Of a stretch of 64,000 nucleotides of DNA, positions 50,067 through 64,000 are shown in pieces (position 1 is the first letter of the stretch; every line of letters starts with the position of its first letter). The notes under the pieces were generated by a model. The model saw nothing but the letters and a program-made list of their open reading frames with translations, was not told the DNA's origin and made no database searches. Made by a program: the position numbers and the translations under genes. Where the stretch lies: NCBI RefSeq assembly GCF_009914755.1, contig NC_060934.1, one strand, 5' to 3'. This stretch comes from the human T2T-CHM13v2.0 reference genome, Homo sapiens.

Positions 50067-50483
50067 TGCTAACATAAAAGTATCTGGGGAAGAAACCTTA
50101 ATTTTTCTCTATGATGTTACCTGAAAAACTAAAAAATAAACCCCGAATATACTTACTAATTAGTATCTATACAGCAGCAACTACTTATTCATCTACCACT
50201 GGTAACCTACCTAGGTTTGCTGTTTGTCCAGCAAAAAGCAAGATATGTATCTAAGAACATAAATAACTGCTTTGCTACTTTTTCTTCCTTTTTTCCCAAC
50301 CCCTTGCTTTGTTACTTGCTAGTCTCCAAAACGTGGAGAAACTAATTTCTGATTAGAGATTTTAGGAGTGGGAGGGACTTTCATATACAAGATGCATTTC
50401 TACTGCAAATTAAAGGATAAAATTTGAGAAAGATGAAAACAGTAAATATGGAGACAGAAAATTCCAGATAGAAGATTCTAGAA

Positions 50484-50789
50484 CAGGGTTCCCTAACCCT
50501 CAGGCCACAGAGCGGTAGCATTAGGAACAAGACCACACAGGAGGAGGTAAGCAGTGGGTGAGCATTACCACCTGAGTTCTGCCTCCTGTCAGATCAGTGG
50601 TGGCATTAGATTCTCATAGGAGTGTAAACCCTGTTGTCAGCTGTGTATGTGAGTGATCTAGGTTGCACGTTCCTTATGATCTGAGGTAGAACAGTTTCAT
50701 CCTAAAACCATCTCCCCAATGTAGTTGTTCGTGGAAAAATTGTCTTCCACAAAACCAGTCCTTCATGCCAAAAAGGTTGGAGACTTCTG
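50484..50789 (+). mobile_element. MER1B (hAT-Charlie) non-autonomous transposon
   Basis: TIRs CAGGGTTCCCTAACC / GGTTGGAGACTTCTG. 8-bp TSD TTCTAGAA (50476-50483) / CTCTAGAA (50790-50797). Confidence 0.9.
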
Positions 50790-53479
50790 CTCTAGAAGAC
50801 AGTCTGTGAACAGAGATGGAATGCTATGCCATATGCATCCAGATTAGTGAGTACAATCTTAAACCATACAACATAATCAAGGAATTTACAATCAGTGGAA
50901 AAAGGCTTATTCTTTTGAATTAATTCTTCATTACAAGAAAATGAACAAACCAAGAGATATTGGCAAATGATTTCAGAGAGAAGTCGATGTCGACCAAAAT
51001 AATCTCACAAGAACTTTGTAGATGTCTTAAGCCAGTCTTGAATGATGGATAAGTTGAGGATGGGTTATAGCAGATGAAACCATAGAACTATTTTCCTCTC
51101 TTTTTCATGATCTATATATCCCCTAGGATTCTTCATGAAATATAATACTTTATGGTCAAATACATTTCAGAAACACTTTTACTCTTCCCTAATTAATAAT
51201 CTCCATGAAATTTGGAATATTTTAATTTACAAAATATCCCAGAGAAAATTAACTTTTTCATCTTTAATGTAGTGGTTACTTAATATGTTTGTTTATGCAA
51301 CCTGCTCCTCCTATTAACTAGTTCTGAGAAACTTTGGAAAAAGCTTCTCTACACTAGATAGCAGAAGCTGTGCAATTGGAAAGAAAAGCTCATAAGAGAA
51401 AATAAATTGTAGAGTAAGACAAAACAACTTGTTCAACACATATTTTACCTGGGCCACCTGAATTTTCATTGCCTGAGTCTTATCACTGGCTTTAAAGAAA
51501 AAGTGATCAATTCCTTCTGCGGTTTATCATCTTCCCCATTATGAGTTAATGACAAATGAGCCCCTGTGCTTAGGAATGTTATCTCAGATTTTGAACTATA
51601 ACCTTTTACAAGCAGCCATAGTCAAATACTGCAAATGTCTCAAACAAGGCAGCTAGTCTAATGGTAGAGATTAATGTCATTTCCTTATGTCTGGAAATCA
51701 TTTAATGATGACCCTAAAACTCCAGAGAAAAAAACTTTATTGGATACTGTTAACAATTGGCATAGCAGTAAAACTCCAAGGGGGGTCTTAATTAAGGATA
51801 CATGCAACTCTCATATCTCTGGAAAAGTTTTGCAGCCAGAAACTTCAAGTGAAGGATTCTTAGGAATACTCAAGTATCAGGCAATCATTCAGTTGAGATC
51901 TTAAAATCAAGTGGACAATGGCATGGGGTAGATAGCATCCACCCAATACTGACAAAACAAGATCCAGATGACCAAACACAATGATTTGTAAGGCTTATCT
52001 TCTAGATTTGTAAATTTATCTTTCTTCTGTGTTGGCTTATGGTTTTAGCATGTTAATAGACACCTGTTATTTTTTAACTATGATAGCTATAAAGATCCTA
52101 TCCTTAATTTGCTTTGTGAACCCTCAGTCATACCGTGGTTTAAATTGCACACCTGATTTCAGTTTGCTCATGATTTTGCTAAAACATGCAACCAAACCCA
52201 CTATTGGTTTTGTACTCATATTCTTTTGCTAACAATGGAGTTTAAAACTCTTTAACATCACATACATAGAAATGAAGATTACGATTTCTACATGAACAGC
52301 ACTATGGTACCTTTTGTAGGAGCTAAATTTTGAAAGCAAACTCACACAGAAGTAGAGCCCGAGAACAGATTCAAATGCTCTTTCAATTTTACAGACAGTA
52401 CAAGGAAGGCTCACTACCTAGGCTCAATCCCTAGCTCCTTTGATTTAGATATACCCAATGAGATCTCTTCTCCAAATTTTATCACTTGACACTAGAACAC
52501 AAATTTGATGAGTGGGTGCAAAATATTATAATACTATTCAATAATTGCATAGGGTTCTTTTCATCCAAAAATTACCAGTTGGTCAATAGTTAATATACTT
52601 GCTTTGCAACACAAAAAGCTATTAGCTACTAATAACAGGGTAGGTAGGGATGGATATCTATAATCAGGGTGATTCCTGATATAAGCTAGGGCATATTTTG
52701 GCCTTTCATATTCCTGTCTATGGAAAAATGAGATCCAAAAGTAATTTAATTAAACAATTATAAAAAATGAGCCACACAACTTATTTGCAATAACTTTAAC
52801 GCCGTAAGGGAAATTTTGCTCTGCTTTCTTTTGCCCCAAAGTCGCTTCATTTTATGCTTTACAAGAAGCCTGAAAATTAGGATGATATATCAGGAAATGG
52901 TAAAACTACTAACAATGTTACTAATACAATAACATTTCTTGCCTAAGAGGTTCATGCATTTGTAAAGTTGGCAATTTAAAATAAATTTTCTTTCAATATA
53001 ATATTAGCCACTTGGTGTGCAACATATGTTGCCTTAGGAAAAAGTTTGTATTTGTACCACTGTATACCCCTGTGGTATCATTAGTATTACTAAAAATAAA
53101 CACAAAACTAGAAATAAAACATAAAAGTTAGTAATTTGGTCAAATCTATACTGTCATATTTTGTATGGGAATTTAGTATTGAGAAAAAAATCTGTTCTTA
53201 ATTTAATTAATTTACTTGTGACATCTGGCTTAGAAGTAGATTAGAGACTCTGATCATACTCTTTCTTTTAGTATTTTTTCTGTTTCGTTGCTAGGAAGTA
53301 TGATCTCAGATGCTACTGCATCATTTCTGCCCCATCCAAAGATCAACAACTAAGTACCCAACATAAAGAGCAAGAGAATTTGCTTCTTAAAGAGATCAGA
53401 AAGGCTATGATCGGAAATTTTACTCACTAACAGGATATATCAAAGTTACCTAGGGAGTCCTATTCCAAGGCATTACTGG

Positions 53480-53630
53480 ATTTATTTTAGGGATGAATAA
53501 AATGTTCTAAAATTAGATCGTATTGGTAGCCACACAACCTTATGAGTATATCAACATATCACTAAACTGAATACTTCAAATGGGAGAATTTTATGTTATA
53601 TGGTTTATAGCTCTACAAAGCTGTTCAACA
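53480..53630 (+). mobile_element. Old L1M 3'-terminal fragment
   Basis: GGATGAATAAAATGTTCTAAAATTAGAT..CACAACCTTATGAGTATAT..GAATTTTATGTTATATG..AAAGCTGTT. Confidence 0.65.
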
Positions 53631-53867
53631 ACTTTTAAAAATAACAGTAAAGGGACCAGGAATACTCTTCTGTGACTCTGTTAAACAATACTGTATCAGG
53701 CATATTTTCATATTATATCAATATTTTCGATAATATGAGACCAAACAAACAAAAACATTTAGATATTTCCTCTAGGGAACATTGTTCCTAGAATATAAGA
53801 CAGAGCACAAACTAAAACTCTTTAGTTAAAATCTCTTTAAAGATTGTATAATAAAATAGTCTTGTTT

Positions 53868-54377
53868 CTTATAATTTCAACTTTTATTTTAGATTCATGG
53901 GGTACCTGTGCAGATTTGTTACGTGGGCATACTGCATGATGCTGAGATTTGGGGTATGATTGATTCCATCACCCAGGTAGTGAACATGATACACAATATT
54001 TAGTTTTTCAAACCTTGCCCCCCCTTTCCTCCCTCCCACTTCCAGTAGTTTGTAATGTCTATTATTACCATATTTATGCCAGTGAGTACCCAATGTTTAG
54101 TTCCCATTTATAAGTGAGAATATGTGGTAGTTAGCTTTCCATTCCTGTGTAATTCACTTAGGATAATGGCCTGGAGCTACATCCATGATGCTGCAAAGGA
54201 CATGATTTCCTTCAGTTATGGCTGTGTAGTTGTCCATGATGTATGTGCACTACATTTTCTTTATCCAGTCTACCATTGTTGGTCACCTAGGTTGATTCTG
54301 TGTCTTTGCTATTGTGAATAGTGCTGCAATGAACATATGAAAAATGAATGTGTCTCTTTGGTAGAATGATTTATATT
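53868..54377 (-). mobile_element. L1PA15/16-like 3' end
   Basis: TTTCAACTTTTATTTTAGATTCATGGGGTAC..GATGCTGAG..CATCACCCAGGTAGTGA..CCACTTCCAGTAGT. Confidence 0.82.
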
Positions 54378-56714
54378 TTTTTATTTAAGTTCTAGGATAC
54401 ACGTGCTGAATGTGCAGGTTTGTTACATAGTATAGATGTGCCATGGTGGTTTGCTGCACCTATCAACCCATCATCTAGGTTTTAGCCCCACATACATTAG
54501 GTATTTGTCCTAATGCTCTCCATCCCCTTTCCTCCCACCCCACAACAGGCCCCATTTTGTAATGTTCCCCTCCCTATGTCCATGTGTTCTCATTGTTCAA
54601 CTCCTACTTATGAGTGAGAATATGCGCTGTTTGGTTTTCTGTTCCTGTGTTAGTTTGCTAAGGATGCTGGTTTCCAGCTTCATCCATGTCCCTGGCAAAG
54701 GACATGAACTCATTCTTTTTTATGGCTGCATAGTATTCCATCTTGTATATATGTCACATTTTCATTATCCAGTCTATCATTGATGGGCATTTGGGTTGGT
54801 TCCAAGTCTTTGCTATTGTAAATAATGCTGCAATAAACATACATGTGCATGTGTCTTTATAGTAGAATGATTTATAATCCTTTGGGTATATACCCAGTAA
54901 TGAGATTGCTGGGTCAAATGGTATTTCTGGTTCTAGATCCTTGAGGAATCGCCATGCTGTCTTCCACAATGATTGAACTAATTTACACTCCCACCAACAG
55001 TGTAAAAGCACTCCTATTTCTCTACATCCTCACCAGAATCTGTTGTTTCCAGACTTTTTAATTATTTCCATTCTAAGTGGCATAAGATGGTATCTCACTG
55101 TGGTTTTGATTTGCATTTCTCTAATCACCAGTAATGATGAGCTTTTTTCATATGCTTGTTGGCTGCATAAATGTCTTCTTTTGAGAAGTGTCTTTTCATA
55201 CCCTTCACCCACTTTTTGATGGAGTTGTTTGTTTTTTTCTTGTAAATTTGTTCAAGTTCCTTGTAGATTCCAGATATTAGACGTTTGTCAGATGGATAGA
55301 CTGCAAAAATTTTCTCCCATTCTGTAGGTTGCCTGTTCACTCTGATGATAGTTTATTTTGCTGAGCAGAAGCTCTTTAGTTTAATTAGATCCCATTTGTC
55401 AATTTTGGCTTTTGTTGCAGTTGCTTTTGGTGTTTTAGTCATGAAGTCTTTGCCCATGCCTATGTCCTGAATGGTATTGCCTAGATTTTTTTCTAGGGCT
55501 TTTATGGTTTTGGGTTTTACATTTGAGTCTTTAATTCATCTTGAGTTAATTTTTGTGTAAAGTGTAAGGAAGGGGTCTAGTTTCAGTTTTCTGCATATAG
55601 CTAGACAGTTTTCTCAACACCATTTATTAAATAGGGAATCCTTTCCCCATTGCTTGTTTTTGTCAGGTTTGTTGAGGATCAGATGGTTATAGATACGTGG
55701 TGGTATTTCTGAGAGCTCTGTTCTGTTCCATTGCTCTATATATCTGTTTTGATACCAGTACCATCCTGTTTTGGTTACTGTAGACTTGCAGTATAGTTTG
55801 AAGTCAGGTAGCACGATGCCTCCAGCTTTATTTTGCTTAGGAATGTTTTGGCTATATGGGCCCTTTTTTGGTTCCATATGAAATTTAAAGTAGTTTTTTT
55901 ACTAGTTCTGTGAAGAAAGTCAATGGTAGCTTGATGGGAATAGCATTGAATCTATAAATTACTCTGGGCAGTATGGCCATTTTCGTGATATTGATTCTTC
56001 TTATCCGTGACCATGGAATGTTTTTCATTTGTTTGTGTCCTCTTATTGAGCAGTGGTTTGTAGTTCTACTTGAAGAAGTCCTTCATGTCCCTTTATAAGT
56101 TGTATTCCTAAGTATTTTATTTTCTCTGTAGCAACTGTGAATGGGAGTTCACTCTTGATTTGTCTCTCTGCTTGTCTATTATTGGTGTAGAGGAATGCTT
56201 GTGATTGTTGCACATTGATTTTGTATCCTGAGACTGCTGAAATTGTTTATCAGCTTAAGGAGTTTGGGGGCTGAGATGATGGAGTTTTCTAAATATACAA
56301 TCATGTCGTCTGCAAATGGAGACAATTTGACTTCCTCTCTTCCTATTTGAATACTCTTTATTTCTTTCTCTTGCCTGATTGCTCTGGCCAGAACTTCCAA
56401 TACTATGTTGAATAGGAGTGGTGAGAGAGGACATCCTTGTCTTTTTCCGATTTTCAAAGGGAATGCTTCCAGCTTTTGCCCATTCCGTATGATATTGGCT
56501 ATGGGTTTGTTGTAAATAGCTCTTATTGTTTTGAGATATGTTCCATCAATTCCTAGTTTATTGAGAGATTATAGCATGAATCAGTGTTGAATTTTATCAA
56601 AGGCCTTTTCTCCATCTATTGAGATAATCATGTGGTTTTTGTCATTGGTTATGTTTATGTGATAGATTACATTTATTGATTTGCATATGTTGAACCAGCC
56701 TTGCATTCCAGGGA
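54378..56714 (-). mobile_element. 5'-truncated L1PA8-like element nested in the older L1
   Basis: 3'UTR GCCATGGTGGTTTGCTGCACCTATCAACCC..TTAGGTATTTGTCCTAATGCTCTCC. ORF2 pieces include [35 protein letters not shown] (54368-54377 / 56713-56722). Confidence 0.93.
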
Positions 56715-58159
56715 TTTATATTCTTAAAAATATTCTTAACATCTTGTTTACTGATACTCTTTTCAAGATTCTTATCTCGCTATCCCTATTAATAAAAAGC
56801 TATTTTGTTATTTATCCTGCCCACTCACAATAAGGTTCCTACCTTGCAAGACATGCCTTAGTTCTACTTCCATTAATCTCTAAGACCCTTTATTCCTCCA
56901 TATTTTCCTCATTTTGGTTTTCTTTATTTGATACTACAAGACACAATCAATCTGGCTTTCTGCTTTAATTCATTATGTCTAATCAACTTGATTTTTCTTG
57001 ACTGACAGTTTTAAGGTGCTCATTTAGAGAGACATTTATTGAGGATTACTGCATGCAAGTAAAAAAAATAGGAATAATTGTGTCACTTGATCTCCCAATA
57101 TTAGCTTGCACCCTTATCATATATTTTTTTCAAATTACACTTACTTTTCATCTGATAACCAAATTAAATAAATAAATAAATACCTACTCTGTAAAATTTA
57201 TTTGCTGGTGTTTCCTTTTAGAAATAATTAGCTAGAATCTTTATAATGTTTATAGTATCAAACAATAATTCACATATGTATTATTCCATTCCTTTTTTAA
57301 AAATGTTTTACTCACTAGTATACTGATTTTTGACTTTACATAAAGAGTCACAATTAATGGTTTATTTTGCCTACAAGAGTATTTTAATACAATGCATACC
57401 CATATAATTGCTAAGAATATGTCTATAGATTTTTTTGTGTATTTAAATTGTAGGCCTGAAGTCATTAAAATATTTAGCCATTTAACTTTTTACAACTAAG
57501 CTGTGGGCTCACAACATTTATAGATACCTAGAACTCCAGAATTATAATAGGCCTTATCAGTTTGTTCCTTTCTATAGTTTGTCTTTGATTTTCAAATTGA
57601 ATTTGAACTTAATTTATATCATGAAACCCCAACTATATCAGAATTATCTGGAAATGTAAAAGGTAATGAGGGATTTCTTAATTTATTTTTCTAAATCATA
57701 AAGACTAATATTTAGTCATTAAACAAAATATTCCTTTTATTTTGAGGAGCTATGTTCATTCATAATGTATTCTGAAAATAACTATGTGATGCCACTAATG
57801 AAATATCTGCAAATTGTCTATTTGTACATACTATCCACTTATATTACCAGATATTAAAGTGGAAATGTTAGCTTTTCTCTTAGATTTGAAAACTAATAAC
57901 TCATTGATTCAATTTAATTTCATTTATTTGAATAATATCATGCTAGTACTGGTGTTGGAAGTAAATTAGCTAGACTTGAAGACAATATTAAACTAAACCA
58001 GGTAGAATTTGCAAGGGTGAAAGAAACAAAGGAGCAAGAGTTGGCTTCTCCTCTCTTCTCATTAAACCTAAAATAAGGGGCTGTCTAATGGTGGCTGTCT
58101 AAGAGGAGCAAAAGCTTACATGAGCCAGCTAGGAGTAGAAAGAGCCAAAGGGAAGGGGC

Positions 58160-58310
58160 TTAGTTTTCAAAATGTGAACCTTGGACCTGAAGTATTATCT
58201 GGAAATTAAGTGGGAACTTGTTAGAAATGCACAGTCTTAGACCCAAACTAGACATTATGAATCAGAATCTGTAGGTGATTCAAATATACACTTATATTTA
58301 TAAAGAACCA
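58160..58310. mobile_element. MER5-family fragment
   Basis: TGGGAACTTGTTAGAAATGCA..GAATCAGAATCT..AGGTGATTC. Confidence 0.55.
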
Positions 58311-59771
58311 TGTTAGATAACGCTGAAGGTCAAGCTGGGTAACAATGAGAACAAAAGGAAATAATGATCTATAACACATTAGAAGCTTGAACACGAGAAT
58401 AGGCTGCTTTACGTTGCTTTACCATAAGTCCTATGAATGAGCTATGAGCCTTGGCTCCAAGAGAACTGTCCTATGAGTATAGGAGTTCTAATTAGGAGAG
58501 TGTGAAGCAAAAACCAGCAGAGTATCTCAAATGGCATCATGTTACACATAAGCCATGAACTATAATTAGAGAAGGTAGCAGGAGTGGATGATATTTGATG
58601 ATTTTCTAAATATATGATAATTTACATTTGCATAAAGAAAGGCATGCTATTAAAACAGCAAGGCCAAAATCCTCCTTATTTAATTTTCTCATGGTCTCTT
58701 GAGAAAAGCTGTTTGATTCAATACCTCTCACATCAATGATTCAAATGAATCCTTTGTAATAGCATCGTTATCGTACTTATAGTCAGAGCAGCCTATGTAA
58801 CTGGCCAAGGTGAGCAGGTGGGTTGCAGGACATGGACAGTGTAGTGATAACTTTGCTTTTTTGGAGGGTGAATCCTTTGCAACTCTATAGCTTTTGCCCT
58901 TAAGACATAGCCTCATTTTCTTGCTCCTGAAATTGCTTCTCTTTATTTACATACTAATGAAGCATCAAAACTGCATCTGGATCCTTTAGTGTCTGCATTT
59001 GAGTAATGGTATTAAAAGTATAAAGGTATTTTTTTCTCTCTGTACTCTGTGGTGTATCACCTCGAGATTGCCCATGTTTCTTTGAAATTGTCTTTAATTC
59101 TCTCAAGTCACAGAATATAGAAACTATATATAAGCTAAACATGTGAATGTTAATAATAATTTTAAGAGTAAAGCCATTGTCTTGGCTTCAGAATTCATTA
59201 CTTCATTTAAACATTGCAGCAAAACTACAACATAAGCATTAACTTGAACTTAAAATGAGAAAACTCATGCTCAAACAGGTTAATTTGCCAATAACTACTA
59301 AATAGCACAGCCAGAATTTAAAACAATTTTGCCAAATGCTAAAAAACTCCCTCTCACTTCATTGAGGAACTGATTCACTTTCCATGACACAATGGAACAG
59401 TTTATAAAATGAGTACCTTACACCTTGTTCAATTTATCCTTTAGTGTTTGTTTTTGCATAAACACTTCTACTCTGTATCTACTTTCCCATATCATCTAAT
59501 TTTCTCCACTTTATTAATGCTTTAATTCTAAAAACAGCTTCCTCAGAGGGCAGAATCTTAGGAAAAAATAGAATTCAGGCAGATGAATAGATGAGGAGGA
59601 ACTAACTTCTTTTTAAGTTCTTGGGGTTTGGATAGAGACTTGTGGGCTTTGGATAGCAGTTTTCATTTATTTAAGGTGCTCTAATGAAAGTTCCTGAAGA
59701 ATTAGGAATGCTAATGACTTATGCTTTTTAACAAAAGGCATCACAATGCTCTCTCACTAATCTTGGTCTAA

Positions 59772-60176
<405 letters not shown>

Positions 60177-60590
60177 TAAATACACTATTCTAGTTACGCC
60201 TCTGGTTTGAAATTATGAGCCTACCTTGCACCTACCTCCTCTCTTTCGATTTTTGTAGCTCTTCCCATTCCAAAACAATTTTTTCTCTCTGATTGTGTGA
60301 ATAAAGTAAGACAACAGCAGCTCAGGATTGAGGCACACTGCTTCAGGGACTCATAGCAGAAAGCTATGTGTGGAAAGCAAATTAACATTTCTTTCCTGTT
60401 ACATTTATTTTTAGTTTTAATATATATTAAGTTAGGATTTCAAATGATTACAAGAGATTGCTTGAGATTTTGTCTTTATCAAGAGAAGTAACTGGCTTAA
60501 AAGAGTGAGAAATCCTCATCTACTACATAACATGTTTCTGAGGAACTAGAAGGGATTTCTCAAGAGTCCTAGGATCATAGGGAAGGTGTT

Positions 60591-60677
60591 AACTGGGCAT
60601 GGTGGCCTCTGCCTGTAGTCCTAGCTACTCGAGAGGTTGAGGTGGGAGGATTGAGCATAGGAGTTCCAGGTTATAGG
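60591..60677 (+). mobile_element. Alu monomer fragment (FLAM_A/FRAM-like)
   Basis: CTGGGCATGGTGGC..GCCTGTAGTCCTAGCTACTCGAGAGGTTGAGGTGGGAGGATT. Confidence 0.7.
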
Positions 60678-61469
60678 AGCATTAGTACATTTTAAAAATC
60701 TTCTCATATATTCTCTTACTATTGGACCATGTAAATAATCCAACTGACTCTACCCATTATTACTGCATTTTGTTTTCCTCAGATAAGTTAGTATTTGCTT
60801 GACAATATCAACTTGTAAATGAAGAGGTATAAACAAATCATCTTAGTTTCCTCCCCGCCAAACCAGTGGAATAAAATAATATCCTGAATGATTGATACTC
60901 TTGCAGAAATACTTTCAGGTAGGAAGAAAATGCAGCTTTTGAAAAATATAACATATTCTTTCTATGCCACAGATGGAGCCCAAATCTATAAGGTGCTTTT
61001 ATTTTCAATTTGAACTTAAGAGAGGTTTTTGAGATTTAAAAAATGGATAACATAACATACTGCTGGTTGGTAAAACTGTAAATATATATTTTCAATATTT
61101 TTATTTTGTTTAAGTTGAGAACTAGATGTTTTATACTACATCATTTTTCAGTTATTTATGCTCATACTTCTACAGGAGAAAATCATGCACTGACTATATG
61201 CGACAACCTCTGAGAATAAAGTTAAGAACAGACACTTTGAGAGACTTAGTAACCTAAACTCTGACAAGTAGGAAAATTCATGGTCTAAGCATGTATGAAG
61301 AAGGCTATGCTGTATTTACTTAAAGGATAAACTTGTCTGTAGAGATGGCAAAATACATTGGATATAATTAAATCTAACAGTAATTATTCAGTGTAATAGT
61401 GAAACAACACAGATTCCTCCTTAGGTCTTCCTTATCCCCAAAGAACTTGTGCTCAAAGCTCTGAGGAAG

Positions 61470-62892
61470 GGAAACAACCATCCAAAGATGACATTTTTTA
61501 AATATCAAAAGGGAAAATTAGGGAATTACTCTACCAATAATAATAATAATAAATCTACCAGGACTATAATGATTTCACATGGAAATTCTACCAATTTTTA
61601 AAACATTAACTCATTTCAATGACCAACAAGTTATTCTATAAAATGTAAAAAATAATACTTCCCATTCTGGTAATAAGTATAACATTACATTTAAATCTGA
61701 TAAAACAGTACAAAAACCTATAACCATTACCATTCATGTACATCAATTTAAGATATTAAATAAAATATTAGACAGAATTCAATAGCATATCAAGAATAGA
61801 CTATATCCTGACCAAGTAGTATTTATTATTAGAATTTAAGGTTGGCTTGATATTAGGATCTCAATGAATATCATATATGATATTAATAGAATTAAAGTAA
61901 GCTTTAATACAATTACCTCTGTAAGTGCTGAATTCAATACCTACTTCTCACAAAAACATTCAACTTACTAAATAGGAGTTAAGAGATGATATATATTATA
62001 ATAATTGAAATACTTGCTTTAGGACTAAGAGATACATATATATACACACACACACAAAATATAAAATTACATGTATATGTGTATGTATTCACATTCAACA
62101 CACACATGCACACTCATATACCTTAATCTTAATTATTGGGGAAATACAGTAGAGGTTTGAGACATTTCCCCTAATGTCAGGAGCAAGGCAAAAATGTTCA
62201 TACTCTATTACTATTTAAAATTTTAATGGAGGTATGAACCAATATAATTAGATAAGATAAATTAATTAGAAGCATAACAGCTAAAGAGTTAACACCATCT
62301 ATCTTTACAAGTAATGTAATAGTATGCTTGGAAAACTCTAGAAAAGCAACAATAAAATGATAAAACTAGATTTAACAATAAAAGAATAAAGTAAGTGAGC
62401 CAGTAATGAAATAACAAAATTATTAGCCCTCATTTACACATATAATAACAATTGCCAATAGCAAAAAAAACAGATTACCTATTTTGCAGTTAATAAGAAA
62501 TTTTCAAAATTTAAAGAAGGAAATAACTTTAAAGACTTTTGATAACAAATAGAAAGACATTCTCTGTTCTTAGACAGGAAAAATCAACATTACAAACTTT
62601 AAGTTTTTCTCAAGGTTGTTTATAAATGTAATATAATCCCAATTAATACACACATGGATTTTTATAAAGTTAGACAAATTAAAAGTTTATATAGAAAATC
62701 AGACATGCACAGATAGTCTAGAAAACACAGAAAAATACAAACTACATAGAAAGATTAGCCATACTGGACATTACAGTATATCATAAAACCTCTGTAATGA
62801 AAACATTGTTGTACTGGTCCATGAACAGACAAAACACTGGAATAAAACAGAAAGCCATCACTTAGACCCACTATACATATGGGAATTGAATA
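61470..62892 (+). mobile_element. Ancient L1ME-type ORF2 remnant
   Basis: A-rich plus strand with decayed ORF2 landmarks (GAAATTCTACCAA, TAAATAAAATATTAG..GAATTCAATAGCATAT, TGACCAAGTAGTATTTAT, TCAGGAGCAAGGCAA, GAAAGACATTCTCTGTTCT, GTACTGG..GAACAGACAAA). Confidence 0.7.
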
Positions 62893-64000
62893 CAGTCATG
62901 CACCACATAAAAACATTTTGGTCAATGATGAACTGTATATATGATGGTTGTCCTGTAAGTTTATAATAGAGTTGAGAGAAATTCCTCTTGCCTAGTGATG
63001 TTATAGCCAACGGTTGCATTGTAACACATTACTCATGTGTTTGTGGTTATGCAGGTGCAAACAAACCTTTTGTGCTGCCACTCCTATAAAAGTACAGCAC
63101 ATTCAATTATGTATCTAATACATAGTACTTGATAATAATATTAAACAATTATGTTACTAGTTCATGTATTTACTATACAGTACTATTATTTCTTATTATT
63201 TTAGAGTGTACTCTTTCTTCTTATTAAAAAAAAATAACTATAAAACATCCTCGAGCAAGTCTTCCCAGAAGAAGGCTTCATTATTATAAGAGATGGCAGC
63301 TCCATGTATGTTATTGGCCCTCCACAGTGGGACAAGATGTGGAGGGGGAAGACAGTGATGTTGATGATCCTGACCTGTGTATACCTAGGCTAATGTGTGT
63401 GTTTGGGGCTTAATGTCTAACAAAAAAGTCTGAAACATAAAAAATTTTAAAAATATAAAAATTCTTATAGAATAAAGATACAAAATATTTATGTACACTT
63501 GTATAATGTACCTGTATTTTAAGCTATGCTATTACAAAATAGTCAAGAAGTTAAAAATTAAAGTTTATAATACAAAGAAGCTACAGATAGCAATGTTTAA
63601 TTTGCTATTGATGAAAGAAATTTTTAAAATAAATCTAGTGTGGCCTAAGTGTACAGTGTTTATGAAGTCTATAGTAGTGCACAATACGGTCCTAGGCCTT
63701 GACATTCACTAACCACTCATTCACTGAATCACTCAGAGCAACTTCCAATCCTGCAAGTTCCATTCATGGTAAGTGCCTTATACAGTGTACTATTTTAATC
63801 TCATATATAATGCATTTTCTCGGTGCTCTTTCAATGTTTACCTATGTTTAGATAAAAAAATACTGTTGTGTTACAGTTGCCTACAGTATTTAGTACAGTA
63901 ACACACTGTATAGGTTTGTAGCATAGGAGCAATGGGCTATATATAGTCCAGATGTGTAGTAGGCTATACATATAGTCTAGATGTATAGTAGGCTATACCA
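62893..64000 (+). mobile_element. Tigger3b (MER7B; Tc1/mariner-pogo) DNA transposon running off the window edge
   Basis: TA then the TIR CAGTCATGCACCACATAA. Also CTTCCCAGAAGAAGGC..CAGTGGGACAAGATGTGGAG..GAGCAACTTCCAATCCTGCAAG..TAGGCTATACCA. Confidence 0.88.

Noticed and set aside
54378-56714. The minus-strand L1 as the displaced or inverted missing 3' half of the L1PA6
   Set aside because: It overlaps sequence already present at ~24085-24294 and 25688-26083, differs from it at many positions, has an L1PA8-type 3'UTR, and has its own TSD.

Overview
AT-rich primate genomic DNA, most likely human or great ape (it carries an AluY-lineage copy, L1PA6/PA8, THE1 and LTR30). I see no intact protein-coding gene, structural RNA gene or CpG-island promoter. 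Every recognisable ORF in the track is a piece of a decayed retroelement: L1 ORF0/ORF1/ORF2, MaLR internal ORFs, ERVL-type RNase H and integrase, or antisense Alu frames. Roughly half the window is interspersed repeat. That includes a complete THE1 element with both LTRs and a TSD (5573-7915), a deleted MER21/ERVL-type provirus (~29850-32880), several solo LTRs, about 12 Alu/FLAM copies, L1s of several ages, L2/MIR, and DNA transposons (MER63, MER5, MER1B, MADE1, Tigger3). Subfamily names come from my recall of consensus sequences, not from a RepeatMasker run. The most unusual structure is at 19.7-26.1 kb. There a nested THE1<-Alu<-L1PA6 stack has ~0.64 kb of the L1 reverse-transcriptase core replaced by 1.4 kb of much older genomic DNA. 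The junctions carry palindromic or templated inserts, there is no L1 3' end or TSD, and the right halves of the host elements are missing. This looks like a double-strand-break repair or complex rearrangement scar. Other leads are a 21-bp-stem hairpin in unique sequence (38011-38068), a strong-signal non-coding exon candidate (45686-45779), a closely spaced inverted Alu pair, and DUX4 motifs in LTRs. I cannot support a claim of a new biological system from this sequence alone.
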